Numbered from the stretch's first letter, positions 19,559 through 29,334 are shown. The stretch: DNA of 64,000 nucleotides from an uncultured bacterium (GCA_963813815.1 CAWFAD010000012.1:64001-128000), one strand, 5' to 3'. The notes: a model not told the origin generated them from the letters alone. Numbers and translations are program-made.

Positions 19559-21914
19559 CATCCGCTTCTGCTCCGGGGAAACCGATGCGGCTCAAAATCT
19601 CCCACCAGCGCGGATCGGAACGCAGGCTGTCGAAGTACGGCTCGCTGTTCATGGACATTATTTGTATTGAGCGCGCCTGCAACGACTTTCTCAGGCAGGC
19701 AAATGCATTATCCCTATCGCCGAGCCCTGCGTACACCATGGCGGCTCCGTAAGGGTCGACGAACGCCTCCGCGGACTCCTTCTCGTACTCACGGAGCTCA
19801 CGGCGCGCGATCTCGCGCTTCCCGGCGACGGCGTACACGAATCCCGTCTGGCCGTCGAAACGGCCGGAGTATTTCGTCTCCAGAGTGTCGCATTGGGCCA
19901 ATGCCTCGTCGAACTTTCCCTGCGCCGCAAGGCTCGTGGCGAGAAATATTCGCGAGACGTCGGCCAGCGTCGCCTTCGGCTCCATGGCGATATGCCGCCG
20001 CAGAGTGGCGTTGGCGTCGTCGTATCGTTTCGCATAAAAATACGTCCATCCGAGAAAGCTGATCGAATAGGCGGAAGATGCGTCGAGCTCGCACTGACGC
20101 TGCGCGAGATCGAGAGCCTCGTCGGTTCTCAACGCGGCCGCGAGATAGAGGATATAGTTTTTGAGCACCGGGATACTGCTTGGATTGAGCTCCAGGGCCC
20201 GTTTGTATTCGGCGTCCGCCGTCGACCAATTCCATTCGAAGAGGAATTTCGCGAGGGCGAGCGCCCCATGCGCTTCCGCGGACCGCCCGTCGAGCTGCAC
20301 CGCTTTCTCCGCCGCGCGCAGGGCGTCGGTCGCGATCTCCCCCGGCGCGGCCTGTCCGTAGACGCATAGCATGCTGAGCGCATCGGCAAGCCCGGCGTTC
20401 GCGGGAGCGAAAGCAGGATCTATCTCGATTGCCCGTTGAAACAGATCCGCGGCGGCGCGGTTCTTGGCACCGAGCAGCTCCGCGATTCCCCTCAAGTAAG
20501 CTTCCATGGCCTCGGGATCGGAGGATCCGACGCCTGCAAGAATTTGCCGCTGCTCCGGCGTGAGCTTCGCCTTGATCTCGCGGGCGATCGATTCGGCTAT
20601 TTCGTTCATCACGATCAGCGCGTCCTGCAGATCCCGGCGATAGCTGTTCTGCCAGATCACCCGGTCCCGTTGAGCGCTGTAGAGCTTCGCCGTTATGACC
20701 ATCCTCCTTCCATCGACGGTCAGCTCCGCCTCGACGAGTCCCTTCGCTTTGCTTTTTCTGCCGATTTCCTTGAGAGACTCGGCGCTTGCTTCGAATCGCC
20801 TCATGGTTCGATTCGAAATGACATTTACGCCGATCGATCCGAGGCTCACCGCGAGGCGATCGGTGAGACTGGCAGCCAGAAACGCCTTGTCGGGATCCTC
20901 CGAGCGATACTCGATGGGCAGCACGCCGATCGAATCTATCCTTTCGACCTTCGGGGCGAGGAGCGCGAGGCTACCCACTATGATCCCCGAGATGACAACC
21001 GCAGCCGCCGCGATGACCGCCGCGCGCTGCCAGGGACGGGCGCGGCGCCAGACTCGCTTGAGCCCTTTCGCGGGCGCAGCCTTCCCGGCGGGAAGCGCCT
21101 CCCGGTCTTTGGCCAGCGCATCGAGGTCGGCAACGAGCTCCTCCGCCTTCTGATACCTCCGCGCCGGGTCCCTCGCCAGCGCCTTGGCGACGATCCCATC
21201 GAGACCGGCGGGGATATCTCCGCCCTCTTTCGCAAGCGACGGCGCATCCTCGTTCAGAATCGAATACAGCAGCGCCGCTTCGTAGTCCGCCCCAAACGGC
21301 ATCCGCCCCGACACCATCTCGTACAGCACCACGCCCAACGCCCAGATGTCGCTTCGATGATCCGCCTCCCTCCCCTGCACCTGCTCCGGCGACATATAGG
21401 CCACCGTCCCCATCGTCGTCCCCGTCCGCGTGAGCTTCGTCGCGCCCGAGACCTTCGCCAAACCAAAGTCCATGAGCATCGGCCTGCCCTCGGCCGTCAG
21501 CATCACGTTCGCGGGCTTGATGTCTCGGTGAACGATGCCTTTGGCGTGGGCAGCGGCGAGGCCATCCCCGATCTGCCGGGCGATCGAGAGCGCCTCATCG
21601 AGGGGGAGCGCGCCTTCACCGATACGATCCTTGAGGCTCCGCCCCTCGATGTGAGCCATAGCAATGAATGTCCGGCCTTCCGCCTCGGCGATCTCGTAGA
21701 CGGGGCAAATGTTGGGGTGAAGGAGCGCCGCGGCCGCCCGGGCCTCGTGCACGAGCCGGGCGCGGTCTTCATCGCGAGCTATAGAGTCAGGAGGAAGAAA
21801 CTTGAGCGCCACGGTCCGGCCGAGGGTGAGATCTTCCGCCCGATAGACCACGCCCATCCCCCCCTCGCCGAGCTTCGAGAGAACGCGATAGTGTCCTATG
21901 GTCCGCCCGATCAT
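19539..21914 (-). CDS. Hanks-type Ser/Thr protein kinase + TM + TolB-N-like + TPR (copy 1)
   Basis: LGEGGMGVVY, VALKFL, HRDIKPAN, DFGLAK, YMSPEQ and SDIWALG motifs; hydrophobic helix; SIGVLP; TPR repeats. Confidence 0.92.
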   Translation of the reverse strand: MIGRTIGHYRVLSKLGEGGMGVVYRAEDLTLGRTVALKFLPPDSIARDEDRARLVHEARAAAALLHPNICPVYEIAEAEGRTFIAMAHIEGRSLKDRIGEGALPLDEALSIARQIGDGLAAAHAKGIVHRDIKPANVMLTAEGRPMLMDFGLAKVSGATKLTRTGTTMGTVAYMSPEQVQGREADHRSDIWALGVVLYEMVSGRMPFGADYEAALLYSILNEDAPSLAKEGGDIPAGLDGIVAKALARDPARRYQKAEELVADLDALAKDREALPAGKAAPAKGLKRVWRRARPWQRAAVIAAAAVVISGIIVGSLALLAPKVERIDSIGVLPIEYRSEDPDKAFLAASLTDRLAVSLGSIGVNVISNRTMRRFEASAESLKEIGRKSKAKGLVEAELTVDGRRMVITAKLYSAQRDRVIWQNSYRRDLQDALIVMNEIAESIAREIKAKLTPEQRQILAGVGSSDPEAMEAYLRGIAELLGAKNRAAADLFQRAIEIDPAFAPANAGLADALSMLCVYGQAAPGEIATDALRAAEKAVQLDGRSAEAHGALALAKFLFEWNWSTADAEYKRALELNPSSIPVLKNYILYLAAALRTDEALDLAQRQCELDASSAYSISFLGWTYFYAKRYDDANATLRRHIAMEPKATLADVSRIFLATSLAAQGKFDEALAQCDTLETKYSGRFDGQTGFVYAVAGKREIARRELREYEKESAEAFVDPYGAAMVYAGLGDRDNAFACLRKSLQARSIQIMSMNSEPYFDSLRSDPRWWEILSRIGFPGAEADVKTAAQ

Positions 21915-21950
21915 TTCGCTTGTCCCGCGGCAGAGTGATCGATCGCCCTT

Positions 21951-24377
21951 CTACTGTTCCATAATGCCGGCTCTCGCCAGCAACCCTTTGTAGCGCGGAT
22001 CTCTTTTGAGGAAGACGAGCCAGGGCGTATTGATTCGCCTCGCAAGATCACGAGGACGATCTGCGTATTCTATCTCGAGAGATGTATACGCTTCAGTGAT
22101 CCTTCCGAGACAGCAATATGCGAATGCCTTTTTGCCGGCAACCTTCTCATGGGCGAGCGCCGATTCTACGTGCGCTCCCTCGCCGAGCCAATAGGAGGCG
22201 GCAGCGAGCGTCGATGGACTCCAGTAGCCTCGCGGCGCCAGAGCGACCACCTCGCGGAAGCATTTCCTCGCCTGGACCGTATCGCCGACATTCACGTACC
22301 AGGCTGCCAGAAGGGCCCTGTGATTTTCGTTTACTGCGGCCGCTATCTCAACATCTCTGAGAGCCTCGCGATACCTGCCTCTTGTCGCGTACACCGAGCT
22401 CCGATAGAGGCGGCTGTACACCTCGGCGCTGTCTTCCGCGATCGCCCGGGTCAGGTAGACGATCGCGCTGTCCATCATGAAGCAATCGAGAAATATGATC
22501 CCGACGCCGCCCGCATACCCGGTGTTCAAGGGATCAAGCATCTGCGCGAGCTTCGCTTCGCTCACCGCCTTGTCGCAATCGCCCTCCATCGAGAGGAAAA
22601 ACGCATAGCTGTTGTGAAACGCCGCCAGGTTCGGATCGAGAGCGAACGTCCGCTGGAAAAGCTCTTCCGCTGCCGCGGAATCGGCCTCGAAGGAATACTT
22701 GTAATCGGCGAGAGCTCCGAGCGCCTCGGGCAGGTTCGGATCGAGCGCGAGCGCGCGGTCGATGTTGAGCTTCGCCTTGGGAACGGCCTCCTCGGCCGGG
22801 AGGATATCAACCCAGGCATAGACGCTGTAGGCGAATGCGAGCCCGGCATATGCCTCGGCGAACGTGGAATCGATCGCGACCGCTCTTTCGAGATACTCTA
22901 TCGCCTTCGATGCACTGTCGACATCCGTCCTGGAACGATAACCCATTCCCAACAGGTAGGCTTGCATGGCTTTGGGATTCACGGGGCGCCTCGCCGCAAG
23001 CGATGCCCGGCTTCCCGCTCGCATCTCGACGCCAAGCGCAGTCGCCACCTCACGCGCCACTTCATCGAGACGCTGGTGCAGATTTTGCATGTCACAGCTG
23101 AGGGTGCGAGCGTAAAGCTGCCTATCCTTCGCTGCTTCGTAAACCTGGATGCTCAGCCGCACGGCGTTCCCCGAAAATATGCACGAGCCCGTGATCAACG
23201 CTCTTGCATCCACCTTCCGGGAAATCTTGTCCATCGGCAGGTCGCTCCCCTTGAATTCCATCATCGTCTGCGGTGATCGAATCTGAACTCCTTCGAGGGA
23301 TCCGAGCGCGCCTGAGAGAACGATTTCGAGCCCATTGATCATTTCATCCTTCGATAAATCTCCCGTGAGGTTCTTGAGGGGCAGGATGCCGATCGAGTCG
23401 ATCGACTCCGCCCCCGGCGATGATATCTTCATAATCCCGAAGGCGAGGGCCCCCGCGACGATGCAGAGCGCGCCGATAACGGCCGCCCTCTGCCATGGCC
23501 GCGACCGGCGCCAGACTCGCTTGAGCCCTTTCGCGGGCGCAGCCTTCCCGGCGGGAAGCGCCTCCCGGTCTTTGGCCAGCGCATCGAGATCCGCAACAAG
23601 CTCCTCCGCCTTCTGATACCTCCGCACCGGGTCCTTCGCGAGCGCCTTGGCGATGATCCCATCGAGGCCGGCAGGAATGTCTCCGCCCTCCACCGCAAGC
23701 GGCTCCGGATCCTCGTTCAATATCGAATACAGCAGCGCCGCCTCGTAGTCCGCCCCGAACGGCATCCGCCCCGACACCATCTCGTACAGCGCCACGCCCA
23801 ACGCCCAGATGTCGCTTCGATGATCCGCCTCCCTCCCCTGTACCTGCTCCGGCGACATATAGGCCACCGTCCCCATCGTCGTCCCCGTCCGCGTGAGCTT
23901 CGTCGCTCCGGAGACCTTCGCCAAACCGAAGTCCATGAGCATCGGCCGGCCATCGGCCGTCAGCATCACGTTCGCAGGCTTGATGTCGCGGTGCACGATC
24001 CCCTTGGCGTGGGCGGCGGCGAGCGCGTCGGCCGTCTGTCGGGCGATCGAGAGTGCTTCGTCGAGCGGCATCGGACCCTCGGCGATGCGATCCTTGAGGC
24101 TCCGCCCCTCGATGTGGGCCATCGAAATGAACGTGCGCCCATCCGCTTCAGCTATCTCGTGAATCGGGCAGATGTTCGGATGAAGAAGCGCCGCGGCGGC
24201 CCTCGCCTCGTGCACGAGGCGGGCGCGGTCTTCCTCTCGGGCCACCGAATCAGGCGGGAGAAACTTGAGCGCCACGGTCCGACCGAGGGTGAGGTCCTCG
24301 GCCCGGTAGACCACGCCCATCCCCCCCTCGCCGAGCTTCGAGAGAATGCGATAGTGGGAGATCTTCTGTCCGATCAT
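21951..24377 (-). CDS. Hanks-type Ser/Thr protein kinase + TM + TolB-N-like + TPR (copy 2)
   Basis: Same kinase motifs; start MIGQKISHY chosen by homology with copies 1 and 3; SIGILPLKN; TPR repeats. Confidence 0.92.
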   Translation of the reverse strand: MIGQKISHYRILSKLGEGGMGVVYRAEDLTLGRTVALKFLPPDSVAREEDRARLVHEARAAAALLHPNICPIHEIAEADGRTFISMAHIEGRSLKDRIAEGPMPLDEALSIARQTADALAAAHAKGIVHRDIKPANVMLTADGRPMLMDFGLAKVSGATKLTRTGTTMGTVAYMSPEQVQGREADHRSDIWALGVALYEMVSGRMPFGADYEAALLYSILNEDPEPLAVEGGDIPAGLDGIIAKALAKDPVRRYQKAEELVADLDALAKDREALPAGKAAPAKGLKRVWRRSRPWQRAAVIGALCIVAGALAFGIMKISSPGAESIDSIGILPLKNLTGDLSKDEMINGLEIVLSGALGSLEGVQIRSPQTMMEFKGSDLPMDKISRKVDARALITGSCIFSGNAVRLSIQVYEAAKDRQLYARTLSCDMQNLHQRLDEVAREVATALGVEMRAGSRASLAARRPVNPKAMQAYLLGMGYRSRTDVDSASKAIEYLERAVAIDSTFAEAYAGLAFAYSVYAWVDILPAEEAVPKAKLNIDRALALDPNLPEALGALADYKYSFEADSAAAEELFQRTFALDPNLAAFHNSYAFFLSMEGDCDKAVSEAKLAQMLDPLNTGYAGGVGIIFLDCFMMDSAIVYLTRAIAEDSAEVYSRLYRSSVYATRGRYREALRDVEIAAAVNENHRALLAAWYVNVGDTVQARKCFREVVALAPRGYWSPSTLAAASYWLGEGAHVESALAHEKVAGKKAFAYCCLGRITEAYTSLEIEYADRPRDLARRINTPWLVFLKRDPRYKGLLARAGIMEQ

Positions 24378-24388
24378 TCCAAGCGCCT

Positions 24389-27262
24389 TTAGAGCTCGGC
24401 CACCCTCTTCTTCGCATCGATGAGCTGCGGCCGGTCCCCATCCGCTTCGGACCACATCTCGAGGAACCTGGCGTATTCCTTTTTCGCCTCCGCCGGACGT
24501 TTCATCTCTTCGTAGAGCTTGCCGAGCTCGTAGTGCGACAGAGCGTGCCCGCCGTAGATCCGCAACAATTCCTTGTGCACTTTCGCGGCCTCATCGAAAC
24601 GTCTCTGCATCGCGTAAACGCGCGCCCGCGCGGTTCGGTAATCGATATCGATGTATCCTCCGAATGGAATGCCTCCCCGCTGAAGCTGGTCGAGGAACTT
24701 TAGGGCTGTTTTAGGATCGTGGTCCGCCAGCGCGGCGTAGGCCTCGATCTCGAGCGCATCGTATTGAGCAATTCCACCTTGTTTGCCGGTTTGGCCGGCG
24801 AGATTTTTCGCCGCCTCTCGCGCTCCCTTCACATCGCCGAGCATGGCCAGAGCCCTGCCGAGTGGCCGAGGGTAATCGTTCATCGTGTCGGACGACGCCC
24901 ATTGCCGATACAGGTCGCAAACCTCCTGAGGCCGCTCCATGGCGATCAGCATGCGAAACTCGGGCATGTCCATATCGGGCAAAACGGTGTATTCCCGAAT
25001 CAAGTCGCGGGCCTTTCGATATTGGCCCTTTTCAACGTAAAGGGACGCGAGACACATATCGAAAGGACTCAGAACGATCAGTTCCCATCGTCTGCGCGGA
25101 CCAATATTGCTCTGGCCGAGGATCTCTTCGAGAATATGGATTGCTTCAGCTACGTCGCCTCGCTGATACGCGCAGTAGCTCAAAACCGCACGGTTCCACT
25201 TGGGATCCAGCTCCAGGGCCTTTTGAAACGCCGCTTCTGCGCTATCCGGCTTCCCGAGGGCGAGATATCTACGCCCCAGCTCATCCCAGTTATTCGGAAC
25301 TTCCGGATGTCGTTCCGCCAGCAATCGCGTCGCCCGTAGCGCTTCCTCCGTTCGCCCCATGCACACAAGCGAAGATACGTACATAGGACCTCCGAAAATC
25401 GGATCATCCGGATACAGGCGCAATCCCGTTTCGCAAACCGCCAGCGCTTCGCCGAATTCCCAAACCATAAACATGTCTGTGAACATATCCCGCATGACTT
25501 GGCGATAATCAGGCCAACGAGCGAGAAGCCTCCGGTACGCTGCAATAATGGCCGTATGCGAGGTCTCGCGCCAGGCTTCCAGCCTCATCCGATCCTTCAC
25601 GCCAAGATTTTCCCTCAGCATCCACGCTTTATCCGAATATTCCTTGGACTTTCCCCTTGTGGTGGGCGAAATACCCCCGAACATTTGGTAGGCGTTTGCG
25701 AGCTCCATATATGCCAGGGCAAACGTCGAATCCTCTGTGACAGCTTTCTCCAACTCAGCGATCGCATCATCTCCACGGTACTCTTCGCACGCGAGCAAAC
25801 CAGATATATAGTGCTGGTAGGCTCTCAGAGAATTAGTCGTGATACTCTCCACCGGCTTCGGCGCGATGGTCGCCTTGACCCCGCAGGCGCTCGCAATCCG
25901 CGGAATCGCCTTCGCGATGATCTCATCCGCTATACCCTGAAGTCCCGATCCCTCCGCATCTCCCGCGCCGACGTTCTGCCCGTTTCGTACATCGACCAGC
26001 CTCCAGCTCACGATTCGATTCGGTCCCGTCCGCCCGATCTTGGCAACGAGGAAGAGCGTCGCCTTGACCTGCCGGGCGAGGTCGAATATCTGGCTGTCAT
26101 CGATCGCGCCCCGGGGGGAGCCGTAGAGACGGCGGCGAAAATCGTGGATCAGCTCGGAGCTTATCACCCGGATGACATCCGCCTCCGTAAGACTGGTGCT
26201 CACGAGCTCGGTGAGGGCCGCCGATGTGATGAGACTGTCGGGAGCATCGATGTCCCGAAAATCCATTACCGCTATCGAAAACGAAGCGGCTTCGGGCTCC
26301 CCGTGCCGCATCTGGACTATCGACAGTGCGGCAATGGCTCCCATGACTATGAGCGATGCGACCGCCGCCGCGCGCTGCCAGGGCCGGGCGCGGCGCCAGA
26401 CCCGCTTGAGCCCCTTCGCGGGGATCGCCTTGCCCGCGGGCAGCGCTTCACTGTCCCGCGCCAGGGCCTCAAGATCCGCAACAAGCTCCTCGGCCTTCTG
26501 GTATCTCCTCGCCGGATCCTTCGCCAATGCCTTCGCGATGATCCCGTCAAGGCCGGCGGGGATGTCGCTCCCCTCTCCCGCAAGGGGCGCGGGATCTTCG
26601 TTCAATATCGAGTACAGCAGCGCCGCCTCGTAGTCCGCCCCGAACGGCAGCTTCCCCGACGTCATCTCGTAGAGCACCACGCCCAACGCCCAGATGTCGC
26701 TCCGGTGATCCGCCTCCCTCCCCTGCACCTGCTCCGGCGACATGTACGCCACCGTCCCCATCGTCGTCCCCGTGCGCGTCAGCTTCGTCGTCCCCGAGAC
26801 CTTCGCCAGCCCGAAGTCCATCAGCATCGGTCGGCCGTCGGTCGTGAGCATGACGTTGGCGGGCTTTATATCCCGGTGGATGATCCCCTTGGCGTGGGCG
26901 GCAGCCAGACCATCTCCTATCTGACGAGCGATCGAGAGCGCCCCATCCAGGGGAAGCGGTCCCTCTGCGACGCGATCCTTGAGGCTCCGCCCCTCGATGT
27001 GGGCCATCGATATGAACGTGCGGCCCTCGGCTTCAGCGATCTCGTAGATGGGGCAAATGTTGGGGTGAAGGAGCGCCGCGGCCGCCCGGGCCTCGTGCAC
27101 GAGCCGGGCGCGGTCTTCCTCGCAAGCCACGGAGTCGGGCGGAAGGAACTTCAGCGCCACCGTCCGGCCGAGGGTGAGATCCTCGGCCCGATAGACCACA
27201 CCCATCCCCCCCTCGCCGAGCTTCGAGAGAATGCGGTAGTGGGAAATCGTATTTCCTATCAT
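24389..27262 (-). CDS. Hanks-type Ser/Thr protein kinase + TM + TolB/FlgO-like + TPR (copy 3)
   Basis: Same kinase motifs; start MIGNTISHY; SIAVMDF; long TPR C-terminus. Confidence 0.92.
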   Translation of the reverse strand: MIGNTISHYRILSKLGEGGMGVVYRAEDLTLGRTVALKFLPPDSVACEEDRARLVHEARAAAALLHPNICPIYEIAEAEGRTFISMAHIEGRSLKDRVAEGPLPLDGALSIARQIGDGLAAAHAKGIIHRDIKPANVMLTTDGRPMLMDFGLAKVSGTTKLTRTGTTMGTVAYMSPEQVQGREADHRSDIWALGVVLYEMTSGKLPFGADYEAALLYSILNEDPAPLAGEGSDIPAGLDGIIAKALAKDPARRYQKAEELVADLEALARDSEALPAGKAIPAKGLKRVWRRARPWQRAAAVASLIVMGAIAALSIVQMRHGEPEAASFSIAVMDFRDIDAPDSLITSAALTELVSTSLTEADVIRVISSELIHDFRRRLYGSPRGAIDDSQIFDLARQVKATLFLVAKIGRTGPNRIVSWRLVDVRNGQNVGAGDAEGSGLQGIADEIIAKAIPRIASACGVKATIAPKPVESITTNSLRAYQHYISGLLACEEYRGDDAIAELEKAVTEDSTFALAYMELANAYQMFGGISPTTRGKSKEYSDKAWMLRENLGVKDRMRLEAWRETSHTAIIAAYRRLLARWPDYRQVMRDMFTDMFMVWEFGEALAVCETGLRLYPDDPIFGGPMYVSSLVCMGRTEEALRATRLLAERHPEVPNNWDELGRRYLALGKPDSAEAAFQKALELDPKWNRAVLSYCAYQRGDVAEAIHILEEILGQSNIGPRRRWELIVLSPFDMCLASLYVEKGQYRKARDLIREYTVLPDMDMPEFRMLIAMERPQEVCDLYRQWASSDTMNDYPRPLGRALAMLGDVKGAREAAKNLAGQTGKQGGIAQYDALEIEAYAALADHDPKTALKFLDQLQRGGIPFGGYIDIDYRTARARVYAMQRRFDEAAKVHKELLRIYGGHALSHYELGKLYEEMKRPAEAKKEYARFLEMWSEADGDRPQLIDAKKRVAEL

Positions 27263-27334
27263 GCGATAAACCCGAAATGAAAGCCGCTTCACATCGAAAA
27301 AAGCGCTGCCGCCGAAATCGGCCCCCGAGCTCCC

Positions 27335-27667
27335 CTAGGTGTCTCTTCGGGCCGCGTACGCAAACTGCGAAAAGTACCGACGCCAGACGGCATCGGTCGA
27401 CTTGAGCTCGTTTTCTCCGTAAAAATAATCGACGAGCGCTTCTCTCATCCGGGCAATTTCTCTTAGATGCGAGGAACGAATCGGGTATTGCAGCGAAAGA
27501 TCGATCAATTCGAGGGCCCGTTCGATCGCCTTTTCGCTGTACGTGGCGTTTCCCCTCTCCCGCCAGGAAATCGCGCGCTCCACCTCGCTCCCGATGTTCG
27601 CCATGCGCTCGAGAAGCGGCATATCCTTCCATCGTCCCGCGGCCAGATTCTTGTGCTGATAGCTCAT
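27335..27667 (-). CDS. Small all-helical hypothetical protein (MANIGSEVERA motif)
   Basis: 110-aa ORF MSYQHKNLAAGRW...MANIGSEVERAISW...RALELIDL...LREIARMRE...YF, with a strong promoter immediately upstream. Confidence 0.75.
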   Translation of the reverse strand: MSYQHKNLAAGRWKDMPLLERMANIGSEVERAISWRERGNATYSEKAIERALELIDLSLQYPIRSSHLREIARMREALVDYFYGENELKSTDAVWRRYFSQFAYAARRDT

Positions 27668-27673
27668 TGCACC

Positions 27674-27701
27674 ATTATAAACGAACCTCCCGCACTGGCA
27701 A
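27674..27701 (-). promoter_or_regulatory. Sigma70-type promoter TTGCCA-16-TATAAT, 6 nt before the ATG (leaderless)
   Basis: tggcaa at 27696-27701, attata at 27674-27679, and cat at 27665-27667. Confidence 0.65.
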
Positions 27702-27741
27702 GACGCATTCTCGTTGGCAGCTCTGGGCCGAGGCAACGAAC

Positions 27742-27773
27742 GAAACGGCAGCCCTGAGGGGAGCTGCCGTTTC
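27742..27773. terminator. Hairpin/terminator after the malic enzyme gene
   Basis: 11-bp stem gaaacggcagc/gctgccgtttc. Confidence 0.6.
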
Positions 27774-27825
27774 CGTGTCGATCACAGGACGCCGCGAGGC
27801 GCTGTCGTCCCGCGGCGAACCGCCG

Positions 27826-29334
27826 CTATTTCATCTTCGGAAGCTTCACGAGCCCCTTCTTCTGCAGGAGCTGGAACTTGCTGCGGGACTCCGTGATCAT
27901 CCTGTCGGCCTTGCTGATGAGCTGGTCCCAGGTGAGGTCGATGCGCGCCACGCCCTGCTCGACCGCCTTGCGGCCCACGGCCGCCGCCTCGCGCGGATAG
28001 ACCTCCACTTCGTCCATCGTCGGGATGAGGTAATCCTCGCGAAGCCCCTTGTCCTCGGCGACGCGCGCGAGCTCGCGGGCGGCCGCGATGCACATCTCGT
28101 CGGTGATCGTGCGGGCCATAACGTCGAGCGTTCCGCGGAAGATGCCCGGGAAACCGAGGGAGTTGTTGACCTGGTTCGGGAAGTCGCTACGGCCGGTGGC
28201 GACGACCCTCGCGCCCGCCTCCTTCGCCTCCCACGGCCAGATCTCGGGGATCGGGTTGGCGCAGACGAACACGATCGCGTCCTTCGCCATCCGCGCGATC
28301 CATTCCTTTTTGATCGTGTCGGGGCCCTGCTTCGAAAGGGCGATGAGCACGTCGGCCCCCTCGATCGCGCGCGGCACGTCTCCCGTTCTCCCCTCGCCGT
28401 TCGTCTTCTGCGCCATCTCCCATTTCTCTTTCCAATCCTGCTTGAGCTCCTCCTCGCGGCCGAGGTGGAGGATCCCCTTGCTGTCGCACATGATGACGTT
28501 CTTCGGCGAAACGCCGGCGAGCATGATCATGCGGGCGATGCAGATGTTCGCGGCCCCCGCGCCCACCATCGTCACCTTGACCTTCGAGATATCCTTGCCG
28601 ACGATCTTCACCGCGTTGATGAGACCCGCTACGGTAACTGCGGCCGTGCCCTGCTGGTCGTCGTGCCACACGGGGATGCGGCATTCGCGCCGGAGCGTAT
28701 CGAGAACGCGGAAGCACTTGGGCTGCGAAATATCCTCGAGGTTGATGCCGCCGAAGGAGGGCTGCAGGAGCTTCACGAACTCGATGAGCTTGTCCGGGTC
28801 CTTCGTATCGACGCAGATCGGGAAGGCGTCGACCCCGCCGAGATACTTGAAGAGCATCCCCTTGCCCTCCATGACCGGCAGGCCCGCCTCGGGACCGATG
28901 TCGCCGAGTCCGAGAACGCGCGTGCCGTCCGAGACCACGGCGACGAAGTTCCCCTTGTTCGTGTGCTCGAAAACCTTTTCGGGGTTATCGCGGATATCGA
29001 GGCACGGCTTCGCGACTCCGGGGGTGTACCAGATCGCGAAATCGTCGAAGCTGCGGATGCAGGCCTTCGGCATGATCTCGATCTTCCCCTTGTAGAAGGG
29101 GTGCATGATCATGGCGTCGATCCCGGGCTGCTTGGCCTTCTCGACGAGCTCTTCCTTCGTGACTGGTTTCATGATCTTCGGAGCGGGCTTTTTCGGCGCC
29201 GCTTTCCGCGGGGCCGGTTTCTTGGCGGGCTTCGCCGCCTTTTTCGCGGCCTTCTTCGGGGACTTCTTCACGGCCTTTTTCGGCGTTTTCTTCGCCGGCT
29301 TTTTCTTCGAGGCCTTCGCCTTCTTCGGGCTCAT
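27826..29334 (-). CDS. NAD(P)-dependent malic enzyme with a Lys/Ala/Pro-rich N-terminal extension
   Basis: YTPGVA, VSDGTRVLGLGDIGP, VMEGK, INLEDI, HDDQQGTA, GAGAA and ATGRSDFPNQVNN motifs; GGAGGT RBS before the ATG at 29334. Confidence 0.92.
   Translation of the reverse strand: MSPKKAKASKKKPAKKTPKKAVKKSPKKAAKKAAKPAKKPAPRKAAPKKPAPKIMKPVTKEELVEKAKQPGIDAMIMHPFYKGKIEIMPKACIRSFDDFAIWYTPGVAKPCLDIRDNPEKVFEHTNKGNFVAVVSDGTRVLGLGDIGPEAGLPVMEGKGMLFKYLGGVDAFPICVDTKDPDKLIEFVKLLQPSFGGINLEDISQPKCFRVLDTLRRECRIPVWHDDQQGTAAVTVAGLINAVKIVGKDISKVKVTMVGAGAANICIARMIMLAGVSPKNVIMCDSKGILHLGREEELKQDWKEKWEMAQKTNGEGRTGDVPRAIEGADVLIALSKQGPDTIKKEWIARMAKDAIVFVCANPIPEIWPWEAKEAGARVVATGRSDFPNQVNNSLGFPGIFRGTLDVMARTITDEMCIAAARELARVAEDKGLREDYLIPTMDEVEVYPREAAAVGRKAVEQGVARIDLTWDQLISKADRMITESRSKFQLLQKKGLVKLPKMK

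Noticed and set aside
19539..27262. Diversity-generating retroelement behind the kinase variation
   Set aside because: There is no reverse transcriptase and no template/variable repeat pair with adenine-specific differences; variation involves whole domains.
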